A stretch of 64,000 nucleotides of DNA from Octopus vulgaris (taxonomy: Eukaryota): contig OX597815.1 in assembly GCA_951406725.2 (NCBI GenBank), positions 91,884,001 through 91,948,000 of the forward strand, given 5' to 3'. The notes below the pieces were generated by a model. It was not told the origin of the DNA, did no database searches, and was given only the letters and a program-made list of their open reading frames with translations. Positions 1 to 13,954 of this stretch are shown here, in pieces. A program made the position numbers and the translations under genes. How positions within the stretch are numbered: the first letter of the stretch is position 1; every line of letters starts with the position of its first letter.

Positions 1-31
1 TATCATAGTTGTTACTGCTGTTGCTGTTGAG

Positions 32-381
32 TGAACGGTCTTCATCCCAGAGCTCGCAAGATGGGAGAAGTCCAAAACGTGATCCTTTGCTTTTTGTAAG
101 ACCCGCAGAAGAGAAAGCAGGTCAATCCCCGACACCGAGATGGATGAATGTGCATCCAGGCTCAGCGGTTGTGTAGGAAGTCGGGGACAAGAAACAGGAA
201 GGAAGAGTGAGAGAAAGTTGGAGCAAAAGAGTACAACAGGGGTCGTCACCATCCCCTGCCGGAGCCTCGTGGACCTTTAGGTGTTTCGCTTAATAAACAC
301 ACACAATGCCCAGTCTGGGAATCGAAACCACGATCATCCGACCACAAGTCCGCTGCCCTAACCACTGGGCCATTGCACCTC
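32..381 (-). mobile_element. tRNA-derived SINE (octopus OR-type head)
   Basis: Minus strand reads TGGCCCAGTGG (A box) then GGTTTCGATTCCC (B box). The first ~190 nt align by eye with the SINE at 12692-12992, but the 3' tail differs. Confidence 0.8.
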
Positions 382-899
382 TACTGTTACTGCTGTTGCC
401 AGTGTTGTTGTTTTTGTTGTATTTCTATTCTTCCAAGTGTTTTGTGGTTCTTCATTGGATTTTAACATCCTTATACACACATATCACCATCACCACCAGA
501 CATGGTTGAGTGGATATAGAGTTTGCCTTCTTTCTACATGGTCTTGCATTCTATTTCACTGCATGGTATCTTAGGCAAATGCCTTCTAATGTAGCCTTAA
601 GCTGACCAATTTCCTGTGAATGAAATCAGCATATAGCAATTGTATGGAAGTCTATTGTTTATATCTAAATATATCATCACCATCATTATCATTTTAATGT
701 CCACTTTTCCATGCTCACATGGAGCAGACAGAATTTGTCGAGGCAGATTTTCTACAACCAGATGCTTTTCTGATTGCCAACCCTCACCTATTTCCGAGTA
801 AGGTAATATTTTCCCATGACCAGGCATGTTTCCATGGAACATTGAAAAAGTAGGACACTGCCTGCATGATGTTAGCACTTGTTTAGAAGCCCAAAATAA

Positions 900-932
<33 letters not shown>

Positions 933-984
933 TACCCTCACACACACACACACACATACACGTAAACAACTATGCATGCACACA

Positions 985-1022
<38 letters not shown>

Positions 1023-1275
1023 GGAGGCACATGGCTTAGTGGTTAGGGTGTCAGCATCATGATCGTAAGATTGTTGTTTCGATTCCTGGACCAGGCGACA
1101 CATTGTGTTCTTGAGCAAAACACTTCATTTCACGTTGCTCCAGTCCACTCAGCTGGCAAAAATGAGTAACACTACAATGGACTGGCATCCCATCCAGCTG
1201 GGGAACACATACGCCATTGAAACCAGGAAACCGGGTCCATGAGCCTGGCAAGGCTTTAAAAGGGAACATTTATTT
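1023..1275 (+). mobile_element. tRNA-derived SINE with CORE-like central domain
   Basis: TGGCTTAGTGG A box and GTTTCGATTCC B box, followed by TGTGTTCTTGAGCAAAACACTT...CTCCAGTCCACTCAGCTG (CORE-like). Sits directly after a (TA)n tract. Confidence 0.7.
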
Positions 1276-1294
1276 TTTTATATATATATACAAT

Positions 1295-1458
1295 GGCCTT
1301 CTTTCAGTCTCCTAAAATCTACCAAATCCACTCACAAAGCTTTTGCCAGCCTGCAGCTATAGCAGAAGACACTTGCTGAAGGTGCCGCACAAGGCAACTG
1401 ATCATGCAACCATGCGGTTAAGAAGCAAATTTCATATCACATAGCTATACCTGTGCCT
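1295..1458 (-). mobile_element. 5' half of the abundant microsatellite-containing SINE
   Basis: Reverse complement matches the head at 12265 and 13259 (GAAGACACTTG, ACCAAATCCACTCACAAAGC). Confidence 0.7.
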
Positions 1459-2074
1459 ATCTTACATACACACACACACATATATATACATATATATATA
1501 CACACACATACGTATATATACATATATATATGCACACACACACAGAGTTTATTATTACAGATATAAAAACAAGATTATTTCAAATATATTTATCATTAGA
1601 CTTCAAAAATAACTACCACACAGCATTGAGTGACTACAAGCATAAAGGTAGCGCATATATGAAACATCATCATTAATAAGATCACTGAATGTAATGAAAG
1701 GACTTTGACAAGCCAACTAATCAGTTAATTGATTAATGGAGTAATTAATTAACTAATCACTTGATTAATTCATAATGAAACAGAAGTCAAATACAATGAA
1801 TGCCTGTGTTTTATTGACTGTAAGACACTCCCAAAGTACATCTATATATTCATCATCATCATTATTATTGCTTTAATCTCTACTTTTCCATGCTTGCATG
1901 GGTTAGCTGAAAGTATATTGGGGAAGAGTTTTCTACGATTGAATGCCCTTCCTGATGCAGATGTCCCCTTGTTTACAATTAAGATAATAATATCACATTT
2001 CATCAAACAAGAAATAGCTTGGACATGCTTACATGGAAAACTGGGAACAAGTAACATTGAAACAAGCCTTTTTT

Positions 2075-2460
2075 TTATTTATTTGTTCCAGTCATTAAAC
2101 TGCTGCCATACTGGAGCACTACCTTGAAAAACATTTAGTCGAACTTATCAAACCCAGTACTTATTTTGTTTTGAAGCCTGGTACATATTCTATTGGTCTC
2201 TTTTACCAAACTGCTAAGTCATGGGGAAATAAAAACACCAACACCGGTCGTCAAGCAGTGATGAGGAACAAGCACAAATACAAAGACACACACACATACA
2301 TCAGGCTTCTTTCAGTTTCTGTTTACCAAATTCACTCACAAAGCTTTGGTCAGTCAGAGGCTATAGTAGAAGACACTTATCCAAGGTACCACACAGTGGG
2401 ACTGAACCCAGAACCATGTGATTGGGAAGCAAACTTCTTTCCACACAGCCATGCCTGCAC
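2075..2460 (-). mobile_element. Near full-length microsatellite-containing SINE
   Basis: Reverse complement of GGCATGGCTGTGTGG...GGTTCAGTCCCACTG...GAATAAGTAC...GCTCCAGCATGGC...TGACTG. Same family as 12265-12672. Confidence 0.8.
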
Positions 2461-2499
2461 CATTCCCTGTACTGATTTCTATTTGTTCTGCCACTGGGA

Positions 2500-3130
2500 C
2501 ATTAGGGAACAAACTTTCTACATCTAATATGGAGAGGGTACCTATCGTATTTGTTTCTTCAACAAAAATCACACATAAAATCTATTACCTGAATCAAATA
2601 CATGAAAATTAATGAACAGACAAATGTAAAATTGAAACACTAGATAAATGGACTACAAAATACATCACACCCAACCATAAACTTAAATAAATAATATATT
2701 ATAAAAATGCCAAAAGCAAAAACTTTGTTATCAGTAACATAACACAAGTATGTAAACCCAAGAACAAAATACGTATGCCCAATGTAATTTGTAAATTTGA
2801 CAGCAAAACTGAAAGTCGCAAACTACAGAATCTAGCTGTTACATTGGACACACCAGTACAACCTTTTCACATAGGTTCACCATGCATTTACAACATGGAG
2901 ATATTGCAAAACATTATACCACAAAATATAATTAGATAAGACAATACTAAAGAAGAATACTTACATACTTTATATAAATCTTCCCCAAATAGAAGATTCA
3001 TTATGGAAATCATATTAATATCACAAAGGCAAAGTCAAAATCAATATCCAAACAACACACAAACATATAAAAAAATTAACATGTGGCTAATGACATAAAA
3101 AACCTTAATGGTCAAAAATTTGACCACGGC
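2500..3130 (+). pseudogene. Degenerate Penelope-like element, GIY-YIG endonuclease region
   Basis: Translation near 2775-2925 gives PNVICKF...CYIGHTSTTFSHRFTMHLQHGDIAKHY, matching the YIG-x-T...R...H GIY-YIG pattern. Frameshifted. Confidence 0.6.
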
Positions 3131-4164
3131 AAACAAATCAACACATGACTACTGATGTAGGGAGCTATAGATAAAACACCTTTGGTGGAAAAGTGTACAT
3201 GAAGCAACACAGAAAACAAAATATACAGTTCTTGAAAATGAGAGTATGGAGGTTTAGAAATGTCAAATATGAATTTAGGGACTCTGATGTTCCAAACTAA
3301 CTATAAAATACTAATATTATGAAAAATCTAAAATAAAAATATAAATGATAAAATTTAAAAACAATCATGTATTCAATGAAACACACACGCTCACACAAAC
3401 ACACACGCACACACACACACAGGTATATAAGTATGGATTTGTGTTATTACTGTATATAAGATTAACTACACAAGTAGGACACTCCTACCTATAAAGATCA
3501 AAAACTGTTTTGAAATCAATCATTAATGCATTGTTAGGTGACAAATTTGGAGAAAATGTCTTATTCTTTTGACAGAAATTGATTTTTCTCTTTTGATGGA
3601 AAATAAAGGGGAAAAAAAGAGAGATCAGGTTCAATAAGTAAAGGCTAATTTTAAACATTTCAATAACTTCTGTTGCATTTACTCTGAAATAGATAAATGA
3701 ACTAAATAACCTTGAAGATTTTATTGTATATTTTGGACAACACAACATGCTTTTCAAGTGTATCTATTGCTTAAACTTTTTCCTCGTGACTGAACAAGGG
3801 AAGCTCTATGCAGTTGCTTGACCATCTGTTAGATATAGCAACCTAGAATCACATCCAACTATCTTTAAAAAGTAAAGATACATAAGATAATGCAGTCCTA
3901 GGTACAAAGTGTCTGAAAACAAAAGACAGATGGGTTGCAGCTGGAATATCTTTCATCAGAGACCTACTTAATATTTTTTTTTTAATTTTAGGCATAAGCA
4001 TAGCAGTTTTAAGGGAATTCATCAATACCATCAGCCCCTATACCTTAAGGGTTGAAAGACAAAGTTGGCCAGAGCTAGAAAATTGGTTTCAAATTTTAGC
4101 ACAAGGCCAGCAATTTCAGGAGAGAGAGTAAGTCAATTGCATCAATGCCAGTGATCAACTGGCT

Positions 4165-4380
4165 CTTATTTCATTGAGCCAAGCATCTGTTTTTTGCTGG
4201 CACAAGAGATCAGTGAAAGCACGTCCACTGTGAGCCTCATGATGATCTCCTATTTCAACAGCAATGTCTTCCATTCTCTCTTCGTTTGGCAATACTATGC
4301 CCTTACACTTTGCTCTTTTCCTCCATTTCAATTTCAAGATACCAAATTCCATCCTTATATCTTTACTACACATCTGTAAA
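4165..4380 (-). pseudogene. R4/Dong-type LINE RT fragment
   Basis: QMCSKDIRMEFGI.LKWRKRA.C..IVLPN is nearly identical to the translation of 8900-9010. Confidence 0.65.
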
Positions 4381-6419
4381 GTAGATGGAGGAAGGGTCCT
4401 GGACACTTCCACTTTGGAGGGCTTCAATGGGGCCTTCATGAAATAGCTGCAGAGCATTAAAGTCAGAGAATTCTACTTTGAAGAAGATTAGAGTTTTGTA
4501 CTTCTTTGAAATTAATAAATGTCTCTTCTGAAAAAGTCTCAAAACTTCTGGAAAGCACCTTGTAGATTTATAAATGTTTAACATAATCATGAGGGCATGT
4601 TATACTGGTGTGTTTTCTTTACAAAATCAGTGATTCGCTGTCTGCTTACAATGTAAGAAACACACAGTTGGCATATATAAGAGGGATATCAGCACAAAGT
4701 TACAAAAGAGGGTTGTTTGTATGTGTGTCTGTCTGTCTGTGAGTCTGTCTGTCTGTCTGTTCCTATCCTCAACACATGAAGACTTGGACCCAATCATTAT
4801 CCACATGACCATGGAAGTTAAAGGCAACTAGAATTATAATTGAACATAGAACTTAAAGAGATATATTAAATACCAAAAGTTCAAAGCTCTACCACTCCTT
4901 TAACCTTGCAATAAGGATTTATATTAACAAGAAATTAAAGAGCAAGCTAGCAAGTGTAAGAATTTGTACTTAGAAATTGTACTCTAAACATACAATGCAT
5001 AATTTTAGATTAATATTTGTGGCCCTGTACCTTTATTAGAAATCAATATTTAATTACGTTTTTCTATGTTTGAACTTCAAATCCTACTAAGTCAGAATTT
5101 GCCCCTCGTCTTTCTGTGATTGGTAAAATAAGAACCAGTAAAGAACAGAGGTGACTCTAATCAATTCTTTATCCGAAACTGAAATCTTGGGATCAATGTA
5201 ATCAACAAAATCCCTTAAAATTGTTGCCCCATTATGGCTGCAGTTTAATGACTGAAACTACAAAAAGGAATTTAAAAAAAAGAAAATATCTGAGAATATA
5301 CATTTATTTAGATGTTAAAGCTGAACGAAAATTAGATTTTCCCCATTATTAACTTCAGATTTTGTTGTTTCCATCTATATTTTTTTCTCTAATTAGTTCT
5401 GCTTTGAGAAATATATTTGAATGGATCTTCAATAAATACTATATAATTACATTTGTTAGTTTGCCATGAAGCAGAGATATATCTAACATTATTTAGCAGA
5501 AGCCCTTTATGGAAGAGACATTCGCTCATGTTGTTGTTGTTGAACTAAAAATCAATTAGGCCTATCATAAAAAGTATTCCAGCTATGCTATTCAAAGATA
5601 GAGTGTCTATAACCACATAATTGAATGAATCTTTCTTTCCTTTAAGATAGTTGGTATGATTTGGCTACTATTTCGATAAGGTCAAGCATCTGTATGGAAA
5701 CTACCTCGTTAGTTTTTAGTGTTGTTTCTATTAAGCTCACAATCTTACTCTGATCTATAATCAAAAGAATTCCAAATATGACAAGCTTGTCTTTTTGTAT
5801 ATTAGGGACTACATTATCCAATGTATTGAATAATTGCATTCTTTATTTAAAATTATTAGACGTTATTTAAAAGAGATTAGGTTGTTACTTCTTGCAAGCC
5901 AGGCCATCATACATAGAGGCCTACATTGGTTAATGATTGCTTTTACTAAAGATACTTTCTAATGTGGAAATTCTAGCACCACTAATCTTCTTGAACTTCA
6001 GTATTTATATTTCAGTCCTCTTTTCTTGAACCGTCAGTAATAATTACAAAACAAGAGTGCTGGGACAGCTCAAGTGTTAACATCTTGTATCTTATCACTG
6101 CATTATAGCCAATGCATTTAATTTTCACTGACTCAGTTCACATACAAAGGCATATGTTTAAGTACAGTTAGTTTCCATATGTAATAAGTATCTGTAATTC
6201 TGAAATGAGGTCTTACTGTAGATTTAGAGAAGGTAACAAGTAGTCACTCAAGTACTCGTTCACCAGATTCCTGATTCTAAGTTCCATTTAACATATGGTG
6301 TACATGAGAGAATATCTTATGACAGGCATTCACTTCAAGGTTATCACTTAATTCAACTAAGAGAAAACTCAGAAAAACATTGATATTAAAAATAATAATA
6401 ATCACAGTTGCAGATAGTT

Positions 6420-7400
6420 AATCATTATTATTATTATTGTTGTTGTTATTATTATTAATATTATTATTATTATTATCATTCAGTAGTTTTATTTTTATAG
6501 CGTACTTCCACTTCACTACCGAGCGCAACTCTGTGTGCCTTGGGTATGTGCTGTGGTTTGTTGTGATGCTCTTATTTTTACTGTATTGAAAATGTTTTAT
6601 ATACAATGTGTGCAGTGCCTAGTAGTGCTATTTTGTGTATATTATATATATACTTGTTAGACCTGGTGTTTTTGTTATGTATTTGTCTATTTTTGTTATG
6701 TATTTTTATCATACCTAAAAGCACCCACTACACTCACTCAGTCAAACCGTCAAACCTATGCCAGCATGGAAAGTGGATGTAAAAACGATGATGGTGATGA
6801 ATGTGCCTACTATGATAGGAATTGTTTTTTGTTTTTAGATTCCACATTCGGGTTGCCTCTATTTCCAGGTCTTTGAAAGTTTCTCCATTTCTTTTAGAGA
6901 AACACTGTCATCTGTTGGTATTGATACATCAATTACAAAGCATTATTATTATTATTATGTGATGAAACTCACTGCTTATTTTGCTGGGTATGATGGAAAG
7001 TGTCAGTTATCCACAGCCAACAGACTAAGGTGACACATGTTTATAGTCATGCTTCAAGAACCTTACAAAGAATTCTTGCAGTTCCAAACAATGTTGATCT
7101 TTGTAGGTGTTCTACCTTCATGCTTGCACCAATCTTTTTCAGCCATGTTGATAGTTGGGTGCTGATACTTCCAAGTGCACCAATTACTATTTGTATCACA
7201 TCCACTCTCCTCATTGACCACAACCTTCATATTTCCCACTTTAAATTGTCATAGTTGTTTATTTCTTTTCTTCTTTCTCATTGATCCTGTTGTCACTGGT
7301 GCATGCTATGTCATTTATCATGCATGTTCTTTCTTTTGTATTCACCCCCAAAAAATGTCCAGTTTCTGATATCTGGTCAGGTGATCGCACTGAATCATTG
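6420..7400 (-). pseudogene. Two degenerate R4/Dong-type LINE 3' ends (RLE domain) with a (TAA)n tail
   Basis: Minus-strand peptides WNLKTKTIPIIVG and VIGALGSISTQLSTWLKKIG...LLGTARIL, typical of RLE C-termini. (TAA)n tract at 6420-6480. Confidence 0.6.
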
Positions 7401-7514
7401 CATCCCACAGGATTTTGCAATTCTCATTCAATTTTGAATGCAACACCAACCTTAGTCTTCAGAAATATTCCGTCCTCAGTTGCTCTTTCATTTCCTTTTC
7501 CATTATTAATAATC

Positions 7515-9572
7515 ATTATTATTATTATTATTATTTAAGATGTTGCACAGTATCCAATATCGTAATGTTGATTGAAGATATTGAGTCTACCGGGGTTTTG
7601 TATTGTCTATCAAGCCACAACAAGTACCTCAGACAGACAGTACTTTACACAATATGCATGCTGTTCCAAGTAATGCCAATTTTTGCAATACACCTAGATT
7701 ATAGGGCATTTCTAAAGTTCCCAAATGTTTCTTCAGGTTGGGTGGTATTGAACCCAATGCGCCGTTGACAATCAGGACAACCTTTATATTTGACTATCAT
7801 AGCTGCCACATCTTGGTGATCTCAATTCTCAGGTCTCCATATTTATCAATCTTTTCTCTTTCTTTTATGAAAATATGTTGATCTCCTGGCACTGCCTTGT
7901 CAATTATTGTTTGTTCCTCCTAAAGGTTACTATGTCCAGCCTTTGGTGCTCTAACACCTTGTCTGTTTGGAAGTCAAAGTCCCAGAGGATTTTTGCTTTC
8001 TCCTTTCTGTCCATTACCTCTTCTGGTGTACGTTGGTACCAAGCACCTGTTACCTTGTATCCATACTTCTGGCATAGTAGCCAGTGAAGGTTCTGCACTA
8101 CCTTGTCATGTCTGTGCTTGTACTCTTTCTGCGCACGACTTTCACAAGCACTAACAATGAGAGTAATGCTTTTAACCTTCTTTCCACATATTCTGCAGAG
8201 ATTCGTTGCACTTGTGTGGTATATATCACTTTTCACTGAGTTGATATTCAATGCTTGATCCTGGGCAATGATGATTAAGCTTTCAAGTCTTCTTTTTTAG
8301 GTCACTCTTGCTAACCCACCTCCATGATGCATTCTGATCTTTTAAGTTGTTAATTTCACAGTAAAACTGACCATGTAATTCCATGCAGAGTAGAGTTTCT
8401 TCTCTCTTGTTAGCTATTTGTGATTGGAATGGATTACTGCACTCAAGTTCATTTTTGGTAACTCCTTCTGCATTAGCAGCATTCAGTAGCAGGTCATTTA
8501 CTATTTACCAAATACTCTGCCACGTTTCTTCTTTCACTGTTGATTCCCTCCCATATGCTAATCAGTCCAAATCCACCTTTACACCTCTTCATGTACAGCC
8601 CATGTACATTTACTTTAGAGTGTAGGGTACCATTCAATGTCATTGTCTTTCAGGTTGTGCAAGTCAGTTGGCCAATCTCCATTCGTATCCATTTCAGGAA
8701 GGGTGCACTATATCAGACTACAGCAACAGCCCATATGTTGATGGCAGTCACAAGGTTCCTTGAATTGAGTTTTGATTTCAAGAGAAGTTTGAAGCACTTC
8801 AAAAGTGTAGTGATGGCCTTATCTTTCATTTCTCTGTGCAAGATATTGTCCAGCTCCAAGATCCCAAGGTGCTTGTACACATCATCATCTGGGTCTTTCA
8901 TTCTCTCCATTTGGCAATACTATGTCTTTACAATTTGCTCTTTTCCTCCATTTCAAATTCGAGATACCGAATTCCATCCTTATATCCTTACTGCACATTT
9001 GTACAATCTCAACCAGCCTCTCTATTTCAGGCTCTGTTTTTGCAAACAGTTTTAAATCATCTATGACAAGAAGGTGGTTGAGATGAGGTTCATTCTTTCT
9101 CAACTCATAGGACTACAGAAAGTAGTCCTTTGCGTATGACTACAGAAAGTGGGATCAAGGCTATAACAAATAATAAAGGTGAACAAGAGTATCCCTGGAA
9201 GATACCTCTTTTGATTGTTACCTCGGCTAAGTGCTAGTTGTTACAGAAAAGATGTATTTTTCAACTAGGTATGCTGTTCTTAATCAGTGCACACACATTC
9301 CCAGTTACTCCACACATGCCGAGTGTTTCCAAAATTCACAAATGCGGCAATAGGTCATAAGCCTTTTTAAAGTCTATCCAGGTCATGCACAAGTTTTTTT
9401 GGTACCATTTGCAGTTCTTCATTACAACTTTGTCTATCACAAGGTGGTCCTTGGTGCCCTTGGATCTTTTTGTTCTACTGTAAGTAGATTATTTTTCACA
9501 AGCAACAAATATATTTTCCCTGCAAGGGTGCCTGTTAATACTTTCCATAAAAGGTTAAGACAAGCAATGGGT
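7515..9572 (-). mobile_element. 5'-truncated R4/Dong-clade non-LTR retrotransposon (RT, CCHC finger, restriction-like endonuclease), pseudogenised
   Basis: PIACLNLLWKVLTG (RT start), RGIFQG.S.SPLLF, HLL..DDLKL, CRICGKK...IVSAC...YKHRHDKV and KILWDFDFQTDK...R.DIV. Ends in (TAA)n at ~7515-7535. Confidence 0.85.
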
Positions 9573-10500
9573 CAATAATTGTTGTTGTTGTTGTTATTGT
9601 TGTCGTCGTCGTCGCTGCCACCGTCATCACCGTCGCTGTCCGATCGGCAGCGGCATTGTTGTTGTAGTATCCCACTACCAAAGTTCATTTTACTAATTGC
9701 ATTTGTGGATTTTTCAGAATTCTGAAAGATTACAACAGGTTCTTCATTTCTGTAAATCATTCCAAACAACCATTTTCTTCTCTTTATTCCAGTTTTTTTT
9801 TTTTTTTTTTTTTGCTTTCTTTTCAGCTTTGCTACCTTCATTTTAGAATTTTCTTTAAGCAATATCACTCTTCCAGATGCCCTTAACCTAAATGTTATTA
9901 ATCTGAATATTACTAAATGACAGGTATTTTGACCATGGAAACTAAACTTTGCTGAAATTTTTGGGTCCATATTTTTTGTGGAGGAGGGAGTGTAGCTAAT
10001 CTTAATCAACTACATTTAATAGAGCTGTATAAAGTTGCAACACTTGTTTATCAAGGTCAAACAAGTCAACTTACAATTTTGCAAGAATTGAATCATCAAA
10101 AAGAGTAACACAGTTAGAGAAATTGAATTGTCACTTAATGATATGCTTTGATAAACAATGAAGTGAAGCTGTTGATTATAATGATAGAGCTGGTTGTTAG
10201 TGTGCAGTTGTTGAAAATATTTTGGAGCTCAATCGAAGATGAAAAGATAAGATCCAGTGATTCTGGAAAGTGGTGGTAATTATATCTCTTCAAGACAGGA
10301 AGTTATGTAGACCCAAAAGAGAAGCTGCCAATTATTGTAATGTCAGAAATATACATACCCAAATCAGTTCATTGATGGAAAAAATATAGAACATTTATAT
10401 ATATACACACACACACATGTATATATACATGTGTATGTGTGTATATATATATATACATATATATATATCATCATTATCCTCATCATCATCGTTTAAAGTC

Positions 10501-10531
<31 letters not shown>

Positions 10532-10644
10532 CGCATATATTCATAAACATACATATATATATATATAAATATACATATACACTCACATATACATATATAT
10601 ATATATATACACATTATATATATACACATTATATATATATATAC

Positions 10645-10680
<36 letters not shown>

Positions 10681-10682
<2 letters not shown>

Positions 10683-10770
10683 GGCAGCCCCTGGCTCCCC
10701 AAACCCCGGTCGAACCGTCCAACCCGTGCTAGCGTGGAAAACGGACGTTAAACGATGATGATGATGATGA
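10681..10770 (+). mobile_element. RTE-type 3' tail with (GAT)n (second copy at 16700-16790)
   Basis: CCCCGGTCGAACCGTCCAACCCGTGCTAGCGTGGAAAACGGACGTTAAAC(GAT)n matches the end of the RTE at 57300-57400. Confidence 0.75.
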
Positions 10771-10784
10771 TATATATATATATA

Positions 10785-11340
10785 TTCTTGCCTAGGATAT
10801 TGTTTGGAAACCATTCAGCGACATGAAACCAAGAAGAGAATACCCTCCATCAGGCATTTGCAATATTCTGAATGCCTTACTTCCCTGGGCATGGATACGT
10901 TGAAACACCAACATCTGGCAACTGACTTGGCAGACACCCATAAAATTATTAACCATCTTACTAACAATAATTCTGAGCACCTTTTCAAACTCCACCTGTC
11001 TAACACCCGTGGACATGTTTACAAAGTCAGAAGATAGCACAGCTTCCATGACTTTCGGAAACATTTTTTCACGTTAAGATTTGCTGAAGTATGGAATAAA
11101 CTGCCGGCATCAGTTGTTAGTTGTTGGAGCACTGCATCCTTCAAAACTTCCATACTTCTTGAGATTCGCCAACACTACACCTGATTTTCTCCCCTTCATA
11201 CACACGTATGTATGTATCTGACTCTTACACAGTTCACTTTCCAGACATTTGTACATTACTGCATATGCTTTATACACACTTTTGACAAGTTGTAGTGCAT
11301 CTGAGCACTGTATACAATAATTTCATTATTATATTATTAT
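10785..11340 (+). mobile_element. CR1-type LINE 3' fragment (second copy at 16804-17358)
   Basis: KRIPSIRHLQYSECL.SLGMDTL...NTRGHVYKVR is the same family as 52009-52455. TTA-rich tail. Confidence 0.85.
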
Positions 11341-12145
11341 ATAAATATACATATACATATACACACTCATGTATATATAAATATATACGTACATACATAC
11401 ATATACCATGCATGTATGTAGGTATAAATTTTTATGAGAAAATGTCAGGTAAATCTTGTTAGCAATTTAAAATAATACTGTTCTTTTATAGGAAGGTAAA
11501 TATATTTCAGTTCACACTTTTACTCATATTTTGAAATGTTTACTTTTCCATGTTGACATAGATTCGGCTTCTAACAACACTAACGATCTCTCAAATTATA
11601 TCTAAAGATTTTATTTTATTTTTAAACAACCTAAGTAAACTAAATCTTTCTGTATTATAACTTCTATTCCAACCAAATAAAATTAAAATGTGTAACTTGG
11701 GACATAAAAATCATTTAAATTTAATAGCTTATCAGATTTAACAGAAAAACTCCACTACATTCTTCAAAAAAAAAAATCTTTTACCAAGGAATATAAAAGG
11801 AGGAGCAGGATAACGTATATACATATATAAATTGAAAAATTCTTGCTTGTTTCCATTTTTCTTGTCAAACCCATCACCTAGCAAATAATAGCATATTTCT
11901 GAAACTTTCAATGTACATTTTATTCTAAGAATTTTGAATGGATGAATTTGAAGTTAAATTCAAATATTCTTTAAAAATCAAATCATTTTCTTTAAGGTTT
12001 TTTTTTCCTTTCTGAGGTGAGGCATTATTTATATGTCTTGGTATGAGACAAATCTTATAGGATCATCATTCAATATAAACAACTTTTTTCGTTTGTTGCA
12101 AAACACACTCTCTCTTTCTCTCTCTTTATAAATGTATATAAATTG

Positions 12146-12193
<48 letters not shown>

Positions 12194-12264
12194 TCTTTAC
12201 TCTCTTTTACTCTTTTACTTGTCCATTATCCCTTAGATGGTTGCATAACCTCTAACTTATATAT

Positions 12265-12672
12265 AGGCACAGGGATGGCTGTGTGGTAAGTAGCTTGCTC
12301 ACCAACCACATGGTCCTAGATTCAGTCCCACTGCATGGCACCTTGGGCAACTGTGTCTTCTACTATAGCTTCAGGCCAACCAAAACCTTATGAGTGGATT
12401 TGGTAGACAGAAACTGGAAGAAGCCCGTCGTATATGTATATATGTGTATATGTATGTATGTGTTTGTGTGTCTGTTTGTCTCCCCAACATTGCTTGACAA
12501 CCAATGCTGGTGTGTTTACATCCCTGTAACTTAGCAGTTCAACAAAAGAGACTGATAGAATAAGTACTAGGCTTACAAAGAATAAGCTGTGGGGTCAATT
12601 TACTCAACTAAAGGCAGTTCTCCAGCATGGCCACAGTCAAATGACTGAAACAAGTAAAAAGACTAAAAGAGT
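12265..12672 (+). mobile_element. Microsatellite-containing SINE (second copy at ~18284-18686)
   Basis: TGGCTGTGTGG A-box-like and GATTCAGTCCC B-box-like motifs, internal (TA/TG)n, tail GACTGAAACAAGTAAAAAGA. Confidence 0.85.
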
Positions 12673-12691
12673 GTGTGTGTACATATATATA

Positions 12692-12992
12692 TATGGCCCA
12701 GTGATTAGGGCAGCAGACTCGTGGTCGTAGGATCGCGGTTTCGATTCCCAGACCGGGCGTTGTGAGTGTTTATTGAGCAAAAACACCTAAAGCTCCACAA
12801 GGCTCCGGCAGTGGGGTGGCGATCCCTGCTGTAGTCTTTCGCCACAACTTTCTCTCACTCTTTCTTCTGTTGGCCTGCTCACTTAGCCAGCGGGGTGGCG
12901 TCATTTGATGGCTAAAACAATGCGAAGCGCATTGTGACCAGCGATGTGTAGCAACATCTGATAGCCTGGTCGGTCACGGTGATCACAGTGAT
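12692..12992 (+). mobile_element. tRNA-derived SINE, OR-type head (second copy at ~18708-19008)
   Basis: TGGCCCAGTGA...GGTTTCGATTCCC boxes. CpG-rich, so probably young. Flanked by (TA)n. Confidence 0.85.
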
Positions 12993-13258
12993 ATATATAT
13001 GAAACAATATAGACAGATAATGTTTGATGTATCTCAGGCAACATGGTTATGGTATATAGTAAAGAAAGACAACAGAGTAATGCTGTTAGTAGGGGAGGTT
13101 AGGAAGGTAAAGCAGGAGGATGAAATATTGTAACTGAATAAGGGGAAATTAAAAGTAATTAAAAACAAGACAAATGAAGGTGAAAAGATGAAAAAGTGTC
13201 TGTTTCCTTGTCTTCACATTTACCACTCTTTCTCTTCATATACACACATACATATATC

Positions 13259-13405
13259 AGGCGTGACTGTGTGGTAAGAAGCATGCTTCCCAGTTGCATA
13301 GTTCCAGGTTCAGTCCCACTGTACGGCACCTTGGGCATGTGTCTTCTGTTATAGCCTTTAGCTTTGTAAGTGGATTTGGTAGATGGAAATTAAAAGAAGC
13401 CTCTC

Positions 13406-13478
<73 letters not shown>

Positions 13479-13950
13479 ATACAATACACACACACACACA
13501 CACATATATGTATGTATGTATACATTCATGAGTGTGCATTTGTATTTATTCCCCCACCACATATATATATATATATATATATTTTGTGTCTGTGTTTGTT
13601 TTCCCACCGTTGCTTGACAACTGATGCTGGTGGGTCTATATCCCCATAACTTAGCAGTTCAGCAAAAGACACCAACAGAATAAGTACTAGGCTTACAAAG
13701 AATATGTCCTGGGTCAATTTCTTTAACTACAACTCTTTAAGGCATTGCTCCAGCATGGCCACAGTCAGATGACTAAAATAAGTAAAAGAATAAAAGAATG
13801 TATATATATATTCTTTAGTCGAACAAATCGACCCCAAGACTTATTCTTTGTAAACCTAGTACTTATTCTATCAGACTCTTTTGCTGAACTGCTAAGTTAC
13901 GGGTATGTAAACACCCCAACATCAGTTGTCAAGCGGCGGTGGGGTAACAG
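13259..13950 (+). mobile_element. SINE (13259-13800) followed by an inverted partial copy of its 3' half (13812-13950); duplicated at 19274-19970
   Basis: GAATAAGTACTAGGCTTACAAAGAAT at ~13678 recurs as its reverse complement ATTCTTTGTAAACCTAGTACTTATTC at ~13843. Confidence 0.8.
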
Positions 13951-13954
13951 ATAC

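Noticed and set aside
9828-9923. Possible 96-bp exon between TTTTCAG and CAG|GTATT
   Set aside because: The longest frame ends in a stop and there are no supporting neighbouring exons.
12692-12765. tRNA gene
   Set aside because: A and B boxes are present but the sequence continues into a SINE body and I see no complete cloverleaf.
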